Assembly: GCA_048941015.1 (NCBI GenBank) | Contig: JBHLNZ010000031.1 | Location: 1 to 35,069, forward strand | Direction of reading: 5' to 3' | DNA from: Promethearchaeota archaeon | GTDB lineage: Archaea; Asgardarchaeota; Lokiarchaeia; Sigyniarchaeales; SOKP01 | Length of the DNA stretch: 35,069 nucleotides | Shown here: in pieces, positions 1-9,105 of the stretch | Numbering within the stretch: the first letter of the stretch is position 1 | Layout: the number at the start of each line of letters is the position of its first letter | Program-made: the position numbers and the translations under genes | Notes under the pieces: model-generated | Told to the model about the DNA's origin: nothing | The model's input: only the letters and a program-made list of their open reading frames with translations | The model's database searches: none

Positions 1-669
1 GAATATTTAAAGAGAGAAAGAACATTAAAAGCATTAGAAAAATCTATTAAACACGCTCAAATTGTTCAAAATTGTGTTAAAGAACTTAATGTTGGATTAA
101 ATATCTTGTTAAAAGAGAAAGATCTTCAAAAAGCTCATGATCTTTTGCTTAATGTTGATACATTAGAAGGAGATGCGGACGATTTAAGAAGAGAAATACA
201 AAAAGATATTTCAAGAGGAGAACTAAATCCAACAATTAGACAAAATTTATCTCATCTAATTAAAAGAATGGATGATGTGGCAAATTGTTGTACTGGTGTG
301 GCACGCCGAATTTCTACCATTCCAGTTAAATTTTGGGAACAAAGTAGTGATTTGACAGTAAATTTGATCTTAGAAATGAGTCAAACTACAGTAGAATGTG
401 TCCAATATCTAGATAAAATAGTAATTGATTTACTAGGAGAAAGAAATAGAATTAAAGAATATGCAAAATTAATAAACCAACATGAACATAAAGTTGATCT
501 ACTTAATATAAAACTGAGACAAAGTCTACAAGAAACAGACTATAGTATAAATTATTTTACAGCATTTACTGTTGGGAATGTTTTTGACATTCTAGAAGCA
601 ATATCTGATTCAATTGAAAGTGTTGCTGATTATATTATGGTTCTATTTACAAGTACAGAAGCACTTTAA
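1..669 (+). CDS. DUF47/PhoU-like phosphate transport regulator family protein (5'-truncated by the window edge)
   Basis: Frame 1 is open from base 1 (EYLKRERTLKALEK...). It has two helical repeats with the DUF47-like signatures LEGDADDLRREI and HEHKVDLL, and MDDVAN / EAISDSIE. Confidence 0.8.
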   Translation, partial: EYLKRERTLKALEKSIKHAQIVQNCVKELNVGLNILLKEKDLQKAHDLLLNVDTLEGDADDLRREIQKDISRGELNPTIRQNLSHLIKRMDDVANCCTGVARRISTIPVKFWEQSSDLTVNLILEMSQTTVECVQYLDKIVIDLLGERNRIKEYAKLINQHEHKVDLLNIKLRQSLQETDYSINYFTAFTVGNVFDILEAISDSIESVADYIMVLFTSTEAL

Positions 670-685
670 AATTTTTAATTGTGAT

Positions 686-1432
686 TTAAACAGGTATAGA
701 TTTACTTAACAAGAACCTTATTATTACTTCAAAGACCTTTTCAACATTTTCACCTGTTTTAGTTGAACATTCAATATATCCATTAGTTCCTCTTGATCTT
801 GCCATTCTTTTTCCAACTTCAGGCGAAACTTCTCGCTTATAATTAAGATCTAACTTATTTCCAACAACTATTATAGGGAAATGTTCTCCTTCTTCTTGAA
901 TAGAGCTAATAATTTTCAACCAATCATCTAAATGTGCTAATGTGTCATAATTAGTAATATCAAACAAAAAAACTCCCGCTTCGGCACCTTTAGCATAAGT
1001 TAAGAATTGAACTTTAAAGCGTAATTTATCTTCAAAATGCCATATCTGTAGCTTATATCTCTTCTTATCAACTATTAGATATTTCGCATAAAAATCTACA
1101 CCCAAACTAGGTGCTTTACTCTCTTGACTGAACACGTTTCTCGCATAATTCTGTAGAAATGTAGACTTTCCAACTCCTTTATCTCCGAAAATTATGATCA
1201 TAAAAGCCTCATCAAAGTCCGTTCTAATTTTTCCTTCAGCTTTAGGTGCTGGTTTTGAAATAATTTCATCTTTTTTTTTCATAGGTGATAATAATAAATC
1301 TTGATCTTGATCAACAGGAATATATCGCAACTTTCTCTTTTTTTTCCATTCCTTAATTGTTTTTGGAATTCCCTTTATTTGTTTAAAAAAATCCTTTATT
1401 TGATCAGAAAGTTCCTTTACTTTTTGTTTCAC
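686..1432 (-). CDS. Rab/Ras-like small GTPase with N-terminal extension and degenerate G3
   Basis: Motifs: G1 GDKGVGKST, Rab-like SLGVDF and KLQIW, YAKGA, FLFDIT, G4 NKLD, G5 CSTK. The GTG start is preceded by a GGTGA SD-like site. Confidence 0.9.
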   Translation of the reverse strand: MKQKVKELSDQIKDFFKQIKGIPKTIKEWKKKRKLRYIPVDQDQDLLLSPMKKKDEIISKPAPKAEGKIRTDFDEAFMIIIFGDKGVGKSTFLQNYARNVFSQESKAPSLGVDFYAKYLIVDKKRYKLQIWHFEDKLRFKVQFLTYAKGAEAGVFLFDITNYDTLAHLDDWLKIISSIQEEGEHFPIIVVGNKLDLNYKREVSPEVGKRMARSRGTNGYIECSTKTGENVEKVFEVIIRFLLSKSIPV

Positions 1433-1676
1433 CGTGTTATCACCATTAATCGATGTAACTTAATATAAGAGTTTTAATGAATTTTTCTAAAACAATAAAT
1501 TTCGCTTCAATTAATATTCTAATTAATCAAAAAATGAGGTTCTTATTTAAATCTATTTAAACTCAAGTAAAAAATTAATAATCATTCACTGTCACTTCTT
1601 TTTAATTTTTCTAGGATGATATAACGCTCATTAAGAAATTAAATTTTTATTAAAAATTCTGAAAAGTTGATAGCTA

Positions 1677-1853
1677 ATGATGATTTGTCATTCAAATGAT
1701 CTTCTGGAGAATTGCTTGCTTACTTGTCCATTTTCTCATATATGCAATCTTCCAAAAATGGAAGATATATGTAATTTTCCAGAATATAAAGTTTGTACAG
1801 AATATGAAATTAAATTAAACAGATTAAAATCTACTACAAAAATTTTGTATTAA
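1677..1853 (+). CDS. Small Cys-rich hypothetical protein (58 aa; absent from the ORF track)
   Basis: Manual translation: MMICHSNDLLENCLLTCPFSHICNLPKMEDICNFPEYKVCTEYEIKLNRLKSTTKILY*. It has 6 Cys, fills an otherwise empty gap and is followed by a T-rich tract. Confidence 0.6.
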   Translation: MMICHSNDLLENCLLTCPFSHICNLPKMEDICNFPEYKVCTEYEIKLNRLKSTTKILY

Positions 1854-1980
1854 AAACTCATTTTTTTAGCTTTCTATAAAATATCTGCGTATTTTAATAA
1901 TATACGAAATTAAGGCTCTAAATTAATAATTTTATGTATAAGAGATCGAAATAATTAAAAAAAGAAGACTTAAAAAAAAA

Positions 1981-2262
1981 TTATAAATCATTTTCAACTA
2001 ATAACTCGTCTAGGACGATATCCACTTCCATTTCGGAAGATCTAATCTTTTTCACCAACTTTCGTAAGCCATAATCGTTTAAGAATAGTTCTATTACATT
2101 TTTGTACAGTCCAGATATATTATCTTTACCCGCCTCGAGGTATATTTCATCTTCTATGCCAATATTGAGAATATCGTATAATCCTTTGACGGATTCCTTA
2201 ATATTTTCGAAATTTTTTTCAGCTTTTTCAACCATATCCGAAGTAAAATTTGCTTGAACCAT
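1981..2262 (-). CDS. Acidic helical hypothetical protein (93 aa, MVQANF...)
   Basis: Start moved from 2298 to the ATG at 2262 because a strong SD (AGGAGGTG) lies 8 nt upstream of it. Confidence 0.75.
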   Translation of the reverse strand: MVQANFTSDMVEKAEKNFENIKESVKGLYDILNIGIEDEIYLEAGKDNISGLYKNVIELFLNDYGLRKLVKKIRSSEMEVDIVLDELLVENDL

Positions 2263-2289
2263 ATTTTTTACACCTCCTAAGTAACTCAT

Positions 2290-2692
2290 ATTGATCAAAG
2301 TATTTAAATGTGATCATTTTTCGATCATATCATTAAAAAATCCCATAATCTTCCCTTTCAAAAATGATCATAAAAATTAATAAAAAGAAATAATATCTTA
2401 AAAAAAAATAATTCAATTTACTCATATTATTGAAAATGATAATCGAAATTGATAATAATCAGTTAAATTCCAAACATATTTCCAAAAAGTGATCGAAAAA
2501 AATAACTTTCCCGTGTCAAATGTTGCTTTTCCAACATTAGTAAAATATTCGTAAAAAGTTAAAGAATAAATTTTCTTAATATTACTGAGAATGATAATAA
2601 AATGATCATTTTATACAAAACGAAAAACTTTCATGCAAAGTGTGATTGAAAATAATAAATTTTTGATTGTAAGATCAATCTTTTTGATCACC
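2290..2692. promoter_or_regulatory. Array of GATC-centred palindromic sites (putative operator array) in a divergent intergenic region
   Basis: GATC occurs at 2293, 2312, 2323, 2366, 2491, 2604, 2673 and 2686, five of them as TGATCA. There is a perfect 18-bp palindrome ATAAAATGATCATTTTAT at 2597-2614. Confidence 0.5.
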
Positions 2693-2919
2693 AATAGAAT
2701 AATTTATAGTCGGATAATTAAGTCGTTTTTTTCTAAAAAAAATCTAAAAAAAATTTGGGTATTGGTTTATTTAAAAAGGTAATTAAAGGGTTTTGAAATT
2801 AATTAATAAAAAAATAAGGATTAGTGGAGATATATTCACAAATTATAAAACTATAAAAGCAAAAATATAAATTAATGTAATTAAATTAAAAATGAAATAA
2901 ATTAATATAACTTCAGATA

Positions 2920-3321
2920 ATGAAGAAAATATATTTTATAATTATATCTCTTATAATTATATCCATTCTCGCAGAAGTAATATTGTTCATCATTTCTTTT
3001 TTTTTATCCTCTCCTTGGCAAAGGGAAATGATGTTTGTCATAATGATTGCAATACCTATTGCAATACCTATATTAATAATTATTTCACCTATCTACCTAT
3101 CTTTCTTTAGGGCCAAAGGTTTTGAACCCAAATATCCAGAAATGATAGCACCTTCGGCTACGATGAAACAATTTTTGCAAGCTCAACCCTATATTTGTCA
3201 AGAATGTGAAGAATTTACTACCACCTTTAGAGATATATGTGAAAATTGTGGTGCAAAAAATACTCTCAGAAGTTCCACCAAAATGGATTATAAAAGCTAT
3301 ATTCTTAAAAAAAACTCCTAA
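2920..3321 (+). CDS. Membrane protein with two TM helices and a C-terminal zinc ribbon
   Basis: Two long hydrophobic segments are followed by CQEC-x10-CENCG. Confidence 0.75.
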   Translation: MKKIYFIIISLIIISILAEVILFIISFFLSSPWQREMMFVIMIAIPIAIPILIIISPIYLSFFRAKGFEPKYPEMIAPSATMKQFLQAQPYICQECEEFTTTFRDICENCGAKNTLRSSTKMDYKSYILKKNS

Positions 3322-3418
3322 TTATCTTCTTATTTTAATCAGTTTTTAATTAAACAAAAATAAAAAAAATGTTAATAAAAAATTTGGATTTATTAGATTC
3401 TGCTTACTCTGTTAAGAT

Positions 3419-3739
3419 TCATCCTTTTAACTTATTCAGCTTCCAATGAAACCAGAGATCTCCAAGCAATTGAACTGTTCCGGGGATTAAAGCAAAATAA
3501 GTACCCAGAATGATATATATTATCGATATCACGATAAACCATATTATTGCGCTTCTTAGAAATGGAGTTATCGGATCTCTGCTAGGCAATGGATATAATA
3601 GAATTATGCTAAGAACATTTATTGCAATTACAATATACATAGAGATGGTTGCATCAAATCGAAAGCTCTCGGGAAGGAATATATTCCATATAATTGCTAA
3701 GATTATCGCTAAAATATTAGTTAGAGCGATCCATATCAT
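3419..3739 (-). CDS. Small polytopic membrane protein, hypothetical
   Basis: It has 3-4 hydrophobic helices and a basic C-terminal tail. The true start is uncertain. Confidence 0.6.
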   Translation of the reverse strand: MIWIALTNILAIILAIIWNIFLPESFRFDATISMYIVIAINVLSIILLYPLPSRDPITPFLRSAIIWFIVISIIYIILGTYFALIPGTVQLLGDLWFHWKLNKLKG

Positions 3740-3865
3740 AAAAACTGGTATAAAGCTTTTATTGCCAGTGTCATAGTATCGAAATTTTTTTTCGATATAA
3801 GTGATAATGTTCGATCATCATTGAGCAAATCATTTAAAAGAAATATGCTTATTATGGGTTAGATC

Positions 3866-4255
3866 ATGAATAATAATCAAAAAGTCCCAATAAGATACGG
3901 AGATTGGTATTCCGAAGAACTTTTTGAAATATACCTTAAGGGAATGGTAGAATTAGATGATATTTTAGAAATTTTAGATTATGAACGAATTCAGAATCAA
4001 GCTGAATTATATAATTTTTTAAATTTATTGTTAACAAATAATTTCCCTCATTATTGCTATAACCAAAATTGTAAAAAAAAGCTTTATTTTTCTAACACTT
4101 TTAATTATGCTAAAGAGTCTCAAAAACTATCATTAGAAGAATTTGTAAGGATTTGGATTACTCCACACAATTTACACATATATAAAAAATGGAAGATATC
4201 CATTCCCTTTTTCTGTTGTGATTGCTATAAAAAGAGATTTCCATTAAAAAAGTAA
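3866..4255 (+). CDS. Hypothetical protein with C-x4-C ... W ... FFCCDC putative metal-binding motif
   Basis: Motifs CYNQNCKKKLYF and IPFFCCDCY in a 129-aa ORF. Confidence 0.7.
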   Translation: MNNNQKVPIRYGDWYSEELFEIYLKGMVELDDILEILDYERIQNQAELYNFLNLLLTNNFPHYCYNQNCKKKLYFSNTFNYAKESQKLSLEEFVRIWITPHNLHIYKKWKISIPFFCCDCYKKRFPLKK

Positions 4256-4271
4256 ACTGGAATGTAAGAAA

Positions 4272-5159
4272 TTAATCTGCTAATTTTTCTTTAATTTGTA
4301 CCACTAATTTTTCAGCTTCTTCAGAGTCAGTAATAAATTCAATTTCATCGGGTGAACTTATTCCCACTCCGAGTTCAACAGCTCTTTTGATCTGTGCTTG
4401 CTCAAATATCGGTCCTTTGGATACTTCAGGGGTTGTCCCAAGAATCCGTAAAATCGCAACTCCTACAGCATCAATGGTAACTTTATCTGTCCCTGCAATA
4501 AATATATTTGCTTCTTTTCGAGTTCCTTCCATTGGGCCTCTATCTACAAAGGCAATAATACCGTCCATAATAATTAAATCAGGTTTATATACCGCATTAA
4601 TTTCAGCAATCATTTCCCTTTGGTTTCTAGATGAATGGAGTTCACTCATAAACTTCTTTGGGACTAATGCTACTGCATTTTTTAATGACATTGTAAAGTG
4701 ACCCCCATACATATGGGTTTTTAAACAGCAAGTTTCAACAATACATTCAGCATCATTATATATTTTGGGAAATTGAAAGCCATTTTTCCAATGATTACCT
4801 TCTGGATCTTTAAGGATAAAATCTTCATTAGGCGCATTGGATAGATTTACTATCTTAAAATCTAATTCTTCTGCTAATTTGAATAATCCCTTTTGCTTAA
4901 AAACTTTATCTGTATCAGCAGGACCACTTCTCTCTGCTATAGTAATAGACTTAGCACCCATTTCCTTTAATTTTAATATAATTTGTCTTACCGTTTCCAT
5001 AGAACTTGAAGCTGGTGGAGGATCAGCTGTATTAAAATTCGGTTTAAATATTACATTCTTACCTTTAAATGGATTAATTTTCAATAATTCAAAGGATTTA
5101 ATTACTCCATATACCCGATCAGTGGTAAAAATAACAGCTACTTTCGTCAAAATTATCAC
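4272..5159 (-). CDS. DUF362 domain-containing (Fe-S-related) protein
   Basis: Motifs typical of DUF362: KPNFN, AERSG, LKTH..G.FTMSLKN, PDLIIMDG..GP..G and D.V.IDAVG. Confidence 0.85.
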   Translation of the reverse strand: MIILTKVAVIFTTDRVYGVIKSFELLKINPFKGKNVIFKPNFNTADPPPASSSMETVRQIILKLKEMGAKSITIAERSGPADTDKVFKQKGLFKLAEELDFKIVNLSNAPNEDFILKDPEGNHWKNGFQFPKIYNDAECIVETCCLKTHMYGGHFTMSLKNAVALVPKKFMSELHSSRNQREMIAEINAVYKPDLIIMDGIIAFVDRGPMEGTRKEANIFIAGTDKVTIDAVGVAILRILGTTPEVSKGPIFEQAQIKRAVELGVGISSPDEIEFITDSEEAEKLVVQIKEKLAD

Positions 5160-5238
5160 CTTAAAGTAATTATTATTATCTACTTAAAAAATTAAAATTT
5201 GTTGATTATAGAAAATAATTATTTAGAAAAGAAAATAT

Positions 5239-6426
5239 TCATACATATTCAATAGTAGCGGGAGGTTTTGGAGTAATATCATAATAAATATTTTGAGTAT
5301 CTCGAATTTTTATTAATTCATTCTTAATTCTATCTAATAGTTCAAATGGTAAATTCGTTACACTTGCTGTTCTTGCATCAATACTATTTATTGCTCTAAT
5401 TACTATATCATATTTACCCTCAGAAGAACTATATAGTTCATAAAATAAACGAGCATAACCCTTTATTTTGGAAGCAATATCTGTAAGTTTTTTATAATCC
5501 CATTGTCCCTTTACTATCAATGGATACTCATAAGATCTTTTCCCATCTATCAAACCTGTCACTTTTTTATTTAAGATGTTCTCAGAAATAGCAGCGAAAG
5601 CTTGAAACGGTTCTTGTTCAATATTATAATTGATTATCATAGATTTACCATAATTCTTAATATAATAATCATCAATGAGTGTTTCAACAATATCATGAAC
5701 TTTCTTTTCGAATTCCAGGTTTTTCTTAGTAACAGCCCCAATTATTCTCGCTGAAAGAGCAGGACCAGGAAAAGCTTTTCTATACACTAATTCTTGAGGT
5801 ATTTCAAGATATTCAAGAACAGCGCGAACTTCTGGTTTGGTTAAGCTAGCTACAGGCTGAATTGTTGCTTCTACATCATATTCAATTTCCAGATTATGTT
5901 GACTTTTAACGAATCCTTGTATATGTTTATTTTTAAGCGATAATTCTTCTTCAATTGACATAGTTTCTTTTAAATCTGTAATTCTGACACCAAAACTTTC
6001 TTCAATATCAGGCAAAATAGTTCCATCTGCTAATAAATCGCATTTCTCCTTTTCTATAACTTGACTTATTGTATTTGAATATGCTTTCTTAAATAACTTC
6101 CTTTTTACTTCAGCATCTCCTTCTCCTAAAATTTGAGGCAGAAATTCCTTTCTTATATCAAGTATCACTACATCTGGAAAGAATTTTTTAATATAATCTC
6201 GCTCTTCTATCCCTCTAATAATTCTCATTAATCCATGGTCAATAAAAACTGGAATAACGTCAATATTTGCTTTTTTAAGAAGAATATAGGTTAATGAGCT
6301 ATCTACTCCACCAGAAAGAGCACAAAACACTTTTTTATCTTTGGCGTGTTTCTGTAGAAATCGAAATGCAGAATCAACAAATTTTTCAGGCTCCCTGGGG
6401 GGATCTATTAATCGATGATTTAGCAT
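5239..6426 (-). CDS. guaAB: GMP synthase, ATP pyrophosphatase subunit B (archaeal split type)
   Basis: PP-loop ALSGGVDSS, IDHGLMR, GTILPD, KSQHN, FPGPAL and C-terminal YDITPKPPATIE. There is no glutaminase domain. Confidence 0.9.
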   Translation of the reverse strand: MLNHRLIDPPREPEKFVDSAFRFLQKHAKDKKVFCALSGGVDSSLTYILLKKANIDVIPVFIDHGLMRIIRGIEERDYIKKFFPDVVILDIRKEFLPQILGEGDAEVKRKLFKKAYSNTISQVIEKEKCDLLADGTILPDIEESFGVRITDLKETMSIEEELSLKNKHIQGFVKSQHNLEIEYDVEATIQPVASLTKPEVRAVLEYLEIPQELVYRKAFPGPALSARIIGAVTKKNLEFEKKVHDIVETLIDDYYIKNYGKSMIINYNIEQEPFQAFAAISENILNKKVTGLIDGKRSYEYPLIVKGQWDYKKLTDIASKIKGYARLFYELYSSSEGKYDIVIRAINSIDARTASVTNLPFELLDRIKNELIKIRDTQNIYYDITPKPPATIEYV

Positions 6427-6569
6427 AAAAGGAATTAATCTCTTGATTTAAATAAGATTATTTATTAAGTGGTTATTGTTTGAGATTAAATAACGCTAAG
6501 CATAAGATTTTATACCAAAAATGAATTAAAAAATATTTGAAAAGGGAATACCCTACAGAAAGTTGGTAT

Positions 6570-7043
6570 TTAAAGAGAAAAAATAGATTTTTTATTCTTT
6601 TCGTAATAACGTTGATGATATTCTTCCGCTCTATAAAATTTACCAGCAGGAACAATTTCAGTCACAATAGGTTTTTTATATTTACCAGATTTATCGAGTT
6701 TTTCTTTTAATTTAATTGCTGCTAATCTCTGTTCTTCATTATGATAAAATACAGCTGATCGATATTGAGTTCCAATATCCCAGCCTTGACGGTTCAAAGT
6801 TGTAGGATTATGAAGGTCCCAAAATCTTTCTAATAATTGCTCATATGAAACAATCGAAGGATCATACGTAATTTGAACTACTTCAGCATGTCCAGTTTTA
6901 TCAGTACAAACATCCTTATAGGTTGGATTCTCAGTAATTCCTCCAGTATAACCTACTACTGTATCGATTACTCCCTTAACTTTTTGAAATTTAGATTCAA
7001 CACCCCAAAAACATCCGGCTCCAAATGTCGCTATTTCTGTCAT
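6570..7043 (-). CDS. msrA: Peptide methionine sulfoxide reductase A
   Basis: Motifs GAGCFWG, GYTGG, TGHAEVV, GTQYRS and AEEYHQ. Confidence 0.97.
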   Translation of the reverse strand: MTEIATFGAGCFWGVESKFQKVKGVIDTVVGYTGGITENPTYKDVCTDKTGHAEVVQITYDPSIVSYEQLLERFWDLHNPTTLNRQGWDIGTQYRSAVFYHNEEQRLAAIKLKEKLDKSGKYKKPIVTEIVPAGKFYRAEEYHQRYYEKNKKSIFSL

Positions 7044-7249
7044 ACTACTAGTATTATAAAAATGAGAAATGAAAAATATACTGCTAATTGTTTATAAATA
7101 AACTTAATCAAAATCCAATAAAAAAAAATAAGATCATTATAGAGTTTATTTTTTATAAAGACTATCTCTGATTATTTACTATTTAAAAAATGAAATTGAA
7201 CCACTGTTTGAAATGAAATGAAATTTAAGTATTAAAAATAAAAAATGTA

Positions 7250-8893
7250 CTACATTTTCTTTTTTTCTTCTTCTAATTTTCTTAATTCGAGATGATAAAC
7301 CTTTCCTACGGTTGTTTTAGGAATTTCATCTATAAATTCTACAAAACGAGGATATTTTTCGAACCCCATGTTTTTTTTTGCCCAATCTATAACATTTTGT
7401 TCTGAAACCTTTCCTTTATACTCATTTTTTAATGCAATAAATGCTTTTATGTTCTCTTGTCCATCATCATCAATTATACCTATAACACCACATTCTTGAA
7501 TTGCTTCATAATTATAGAGTAAATCTTCGACTTCTGCTGGATATACTGAATGACCTTTATATTTGATGAGATTCTTTTGGCGAGCTTTAATAGTAATATA
7601 ACCTTCTTCATCCATTACAGCTAAATCCCCAGTCCATAACCATCCATCCTTTATAGTATTTTTAGTTTCTTCCTCTCTTTTAAAGTATCCCTTCATCATC
7701 TGAGGACCTTTTACTACCAATTCCCCAACTTTGCCAATATCTAAAATTGACCCATCTGGATTACAAATCTTCACTTCTGTACTTGGAAATGGTATCCCCA
7801 CAGTTCCTGGTTTTGTTTTTCCACTAAAAGGATTAGCTGTGGTTGCAGGAGACATCTCTGTTAAACCGTATGCTTCACGTACTCTAGCGCCACTAATTTC
7901 TTCAAACTTTATCCTAACATCTTCAGGTAAAGGAGCTGCTCCACTCAAACAATATTTAATACTAGATAAGTCATGCTCTTTAATGTGTTCATAATTGTTT
8001 AAATTATTAAATAAAGCAGCAATACCTGGAAAAATACTTGCTTTCGTCCTTTCAATAACTTCTACCACTTCATGAGCTTCACGTGGATTAAATACACAAG
8101 CAATTTTCCATCCCTTATATATTGCGATGTTCATACCTGTTACAAGGTAAATGTGGTAGAATGGTAATGCCCCTAATAAAACTTCATTTCCTTCTTCTGT
8201 ACCTACAAACCAAGCATCAACTTGAACACAATTTGAAATAATATTTCTATGTGTTAACATAGCACCCTTAGGAAATCCTGTTGTTCCTCCGGTATATTGC
8301 AACATCGCAAGGTCGTTGGATTCAACTTTAACTTCAGGAGGATTTGCTTCTGTTTCTCGAATCAAATCTTCAAATGTAGGTTCGCCTCCCATATCAAACT
8401 GAGGAGGTGCCATGGGATCAGGTGATAAAAAAGGGGCAAGATTGGTATAAAATTTATGTTTTACTCCTGTTTCTTCAATAATTGGATCCACCATTCCAGA
8501 AAATCCTTCCCAGCCTAAATATATTTTTGCTTCGCTGTCATTTAATTGGCGCTTAACTTCTAAACTCTTAAATAACGGAGATAAAGAAGTAACAACTCCA
8601 CCTAGCTTTAAAGTTGCATAAAAATAAGCTATAAAAGCAGGATTATTAGTATATTGTATTGCTACACAATCCCCTTTTCTTATACCCAACTCATGTAGCT
8701 TAGTAGCTGCTCGATAAACTATATTTAATAACTGTGAATATGTAAGCTCAAAGCCCATAAAATCAGTAGCGATATTATTAGGATATCTCTTAACTGTACT
8801 TTCTAAAGAATCAATTAAACTAATATTTGGAATTTTAACTTCTTTAGGAACACCTTCAGGCCAAATTTTATAATATCTCTTTTGATCTGACAT
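7250..8893 (-). CDS. Long-chain fatty acid--CoA ligase (AMP-binding, FadD-like)
   Basis: Motifs YTGGTTGFPKG, EAYGLTE, GELVVKGPQMMKGY, TGD and PKTTVGK. Confidence 0.92.
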   Translation of the reverse strand: MSDQKRYYKIWPEGVPKEVKIPNISLIDSLESTVKRYPNNIATDFMGFELTYSQLLNIVYRAATKLHELGIRKGDCVAIQYTNNPAFIAYFYATLKLGGVVTSLSPLFKSLEVKRQLNDSEAKIYLGWEGFSGMVDPIIEETGVKHKFYTNLAPFLSPDPMAPPQFDMGGEPTFEDLIRETEANPPEVKVESNDLAMLQYTGGTTGFPKGAMLTHRNIISNCVQVDAWFVGTEEGNEVLLGALPFYHIYLVTGMNIAIYKGWKIACVFNPREAHEVVEVIERTKASIFPGIAALFNNLNNYEHIKEHDLSSIKYCLSGAAPLPEDVRIKFEEISGARVREAYGLTEMSPATTANPFSGKTKPGTVGIPFPSTEVKICNPDGSILDIGKVGELVVKGPQMMKGYFKREEETKNTIKDGWLWTGDLAVMDEEGYITIKARQKNLIKYKGHSVYPAEVEDLLYNYEAIQECGVIGIIDDDGQENIKAFIALKNEYKGKVSEQNVIDWAKKNMGFEKYPRFVEFIDEIPKTTVGKVYHLELRKLEEEKKKM

Positions 8894-9105
8894 ATATATC
8901 GTAAATATTATTTTTTAAGTTATTATATTATCAATTTTTTCGCTTTTATTTTTTTTATTTTCAATCTAATTTTGACTTCAATGAGAATTTTATCATCAAA
9001 TTCATTTAATTTGATCTGAAGATAATATCATAAAGATAACATTTTTTTTGTTATGCTATTTTAAATTTATAAATCAGAATAAAAATTTCTTAATGGTTTG
9101 CTTTT

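Noticed and set aside
2290-2919. Replication origin or CRISPR array interpretation of the intergenic repeats
   Set aside because: There is no ORB-like box with a G-string, no cdc6/orc1 gene in the window, and no regularly spaced long direct repeats. It is kept only as an operator-like array.
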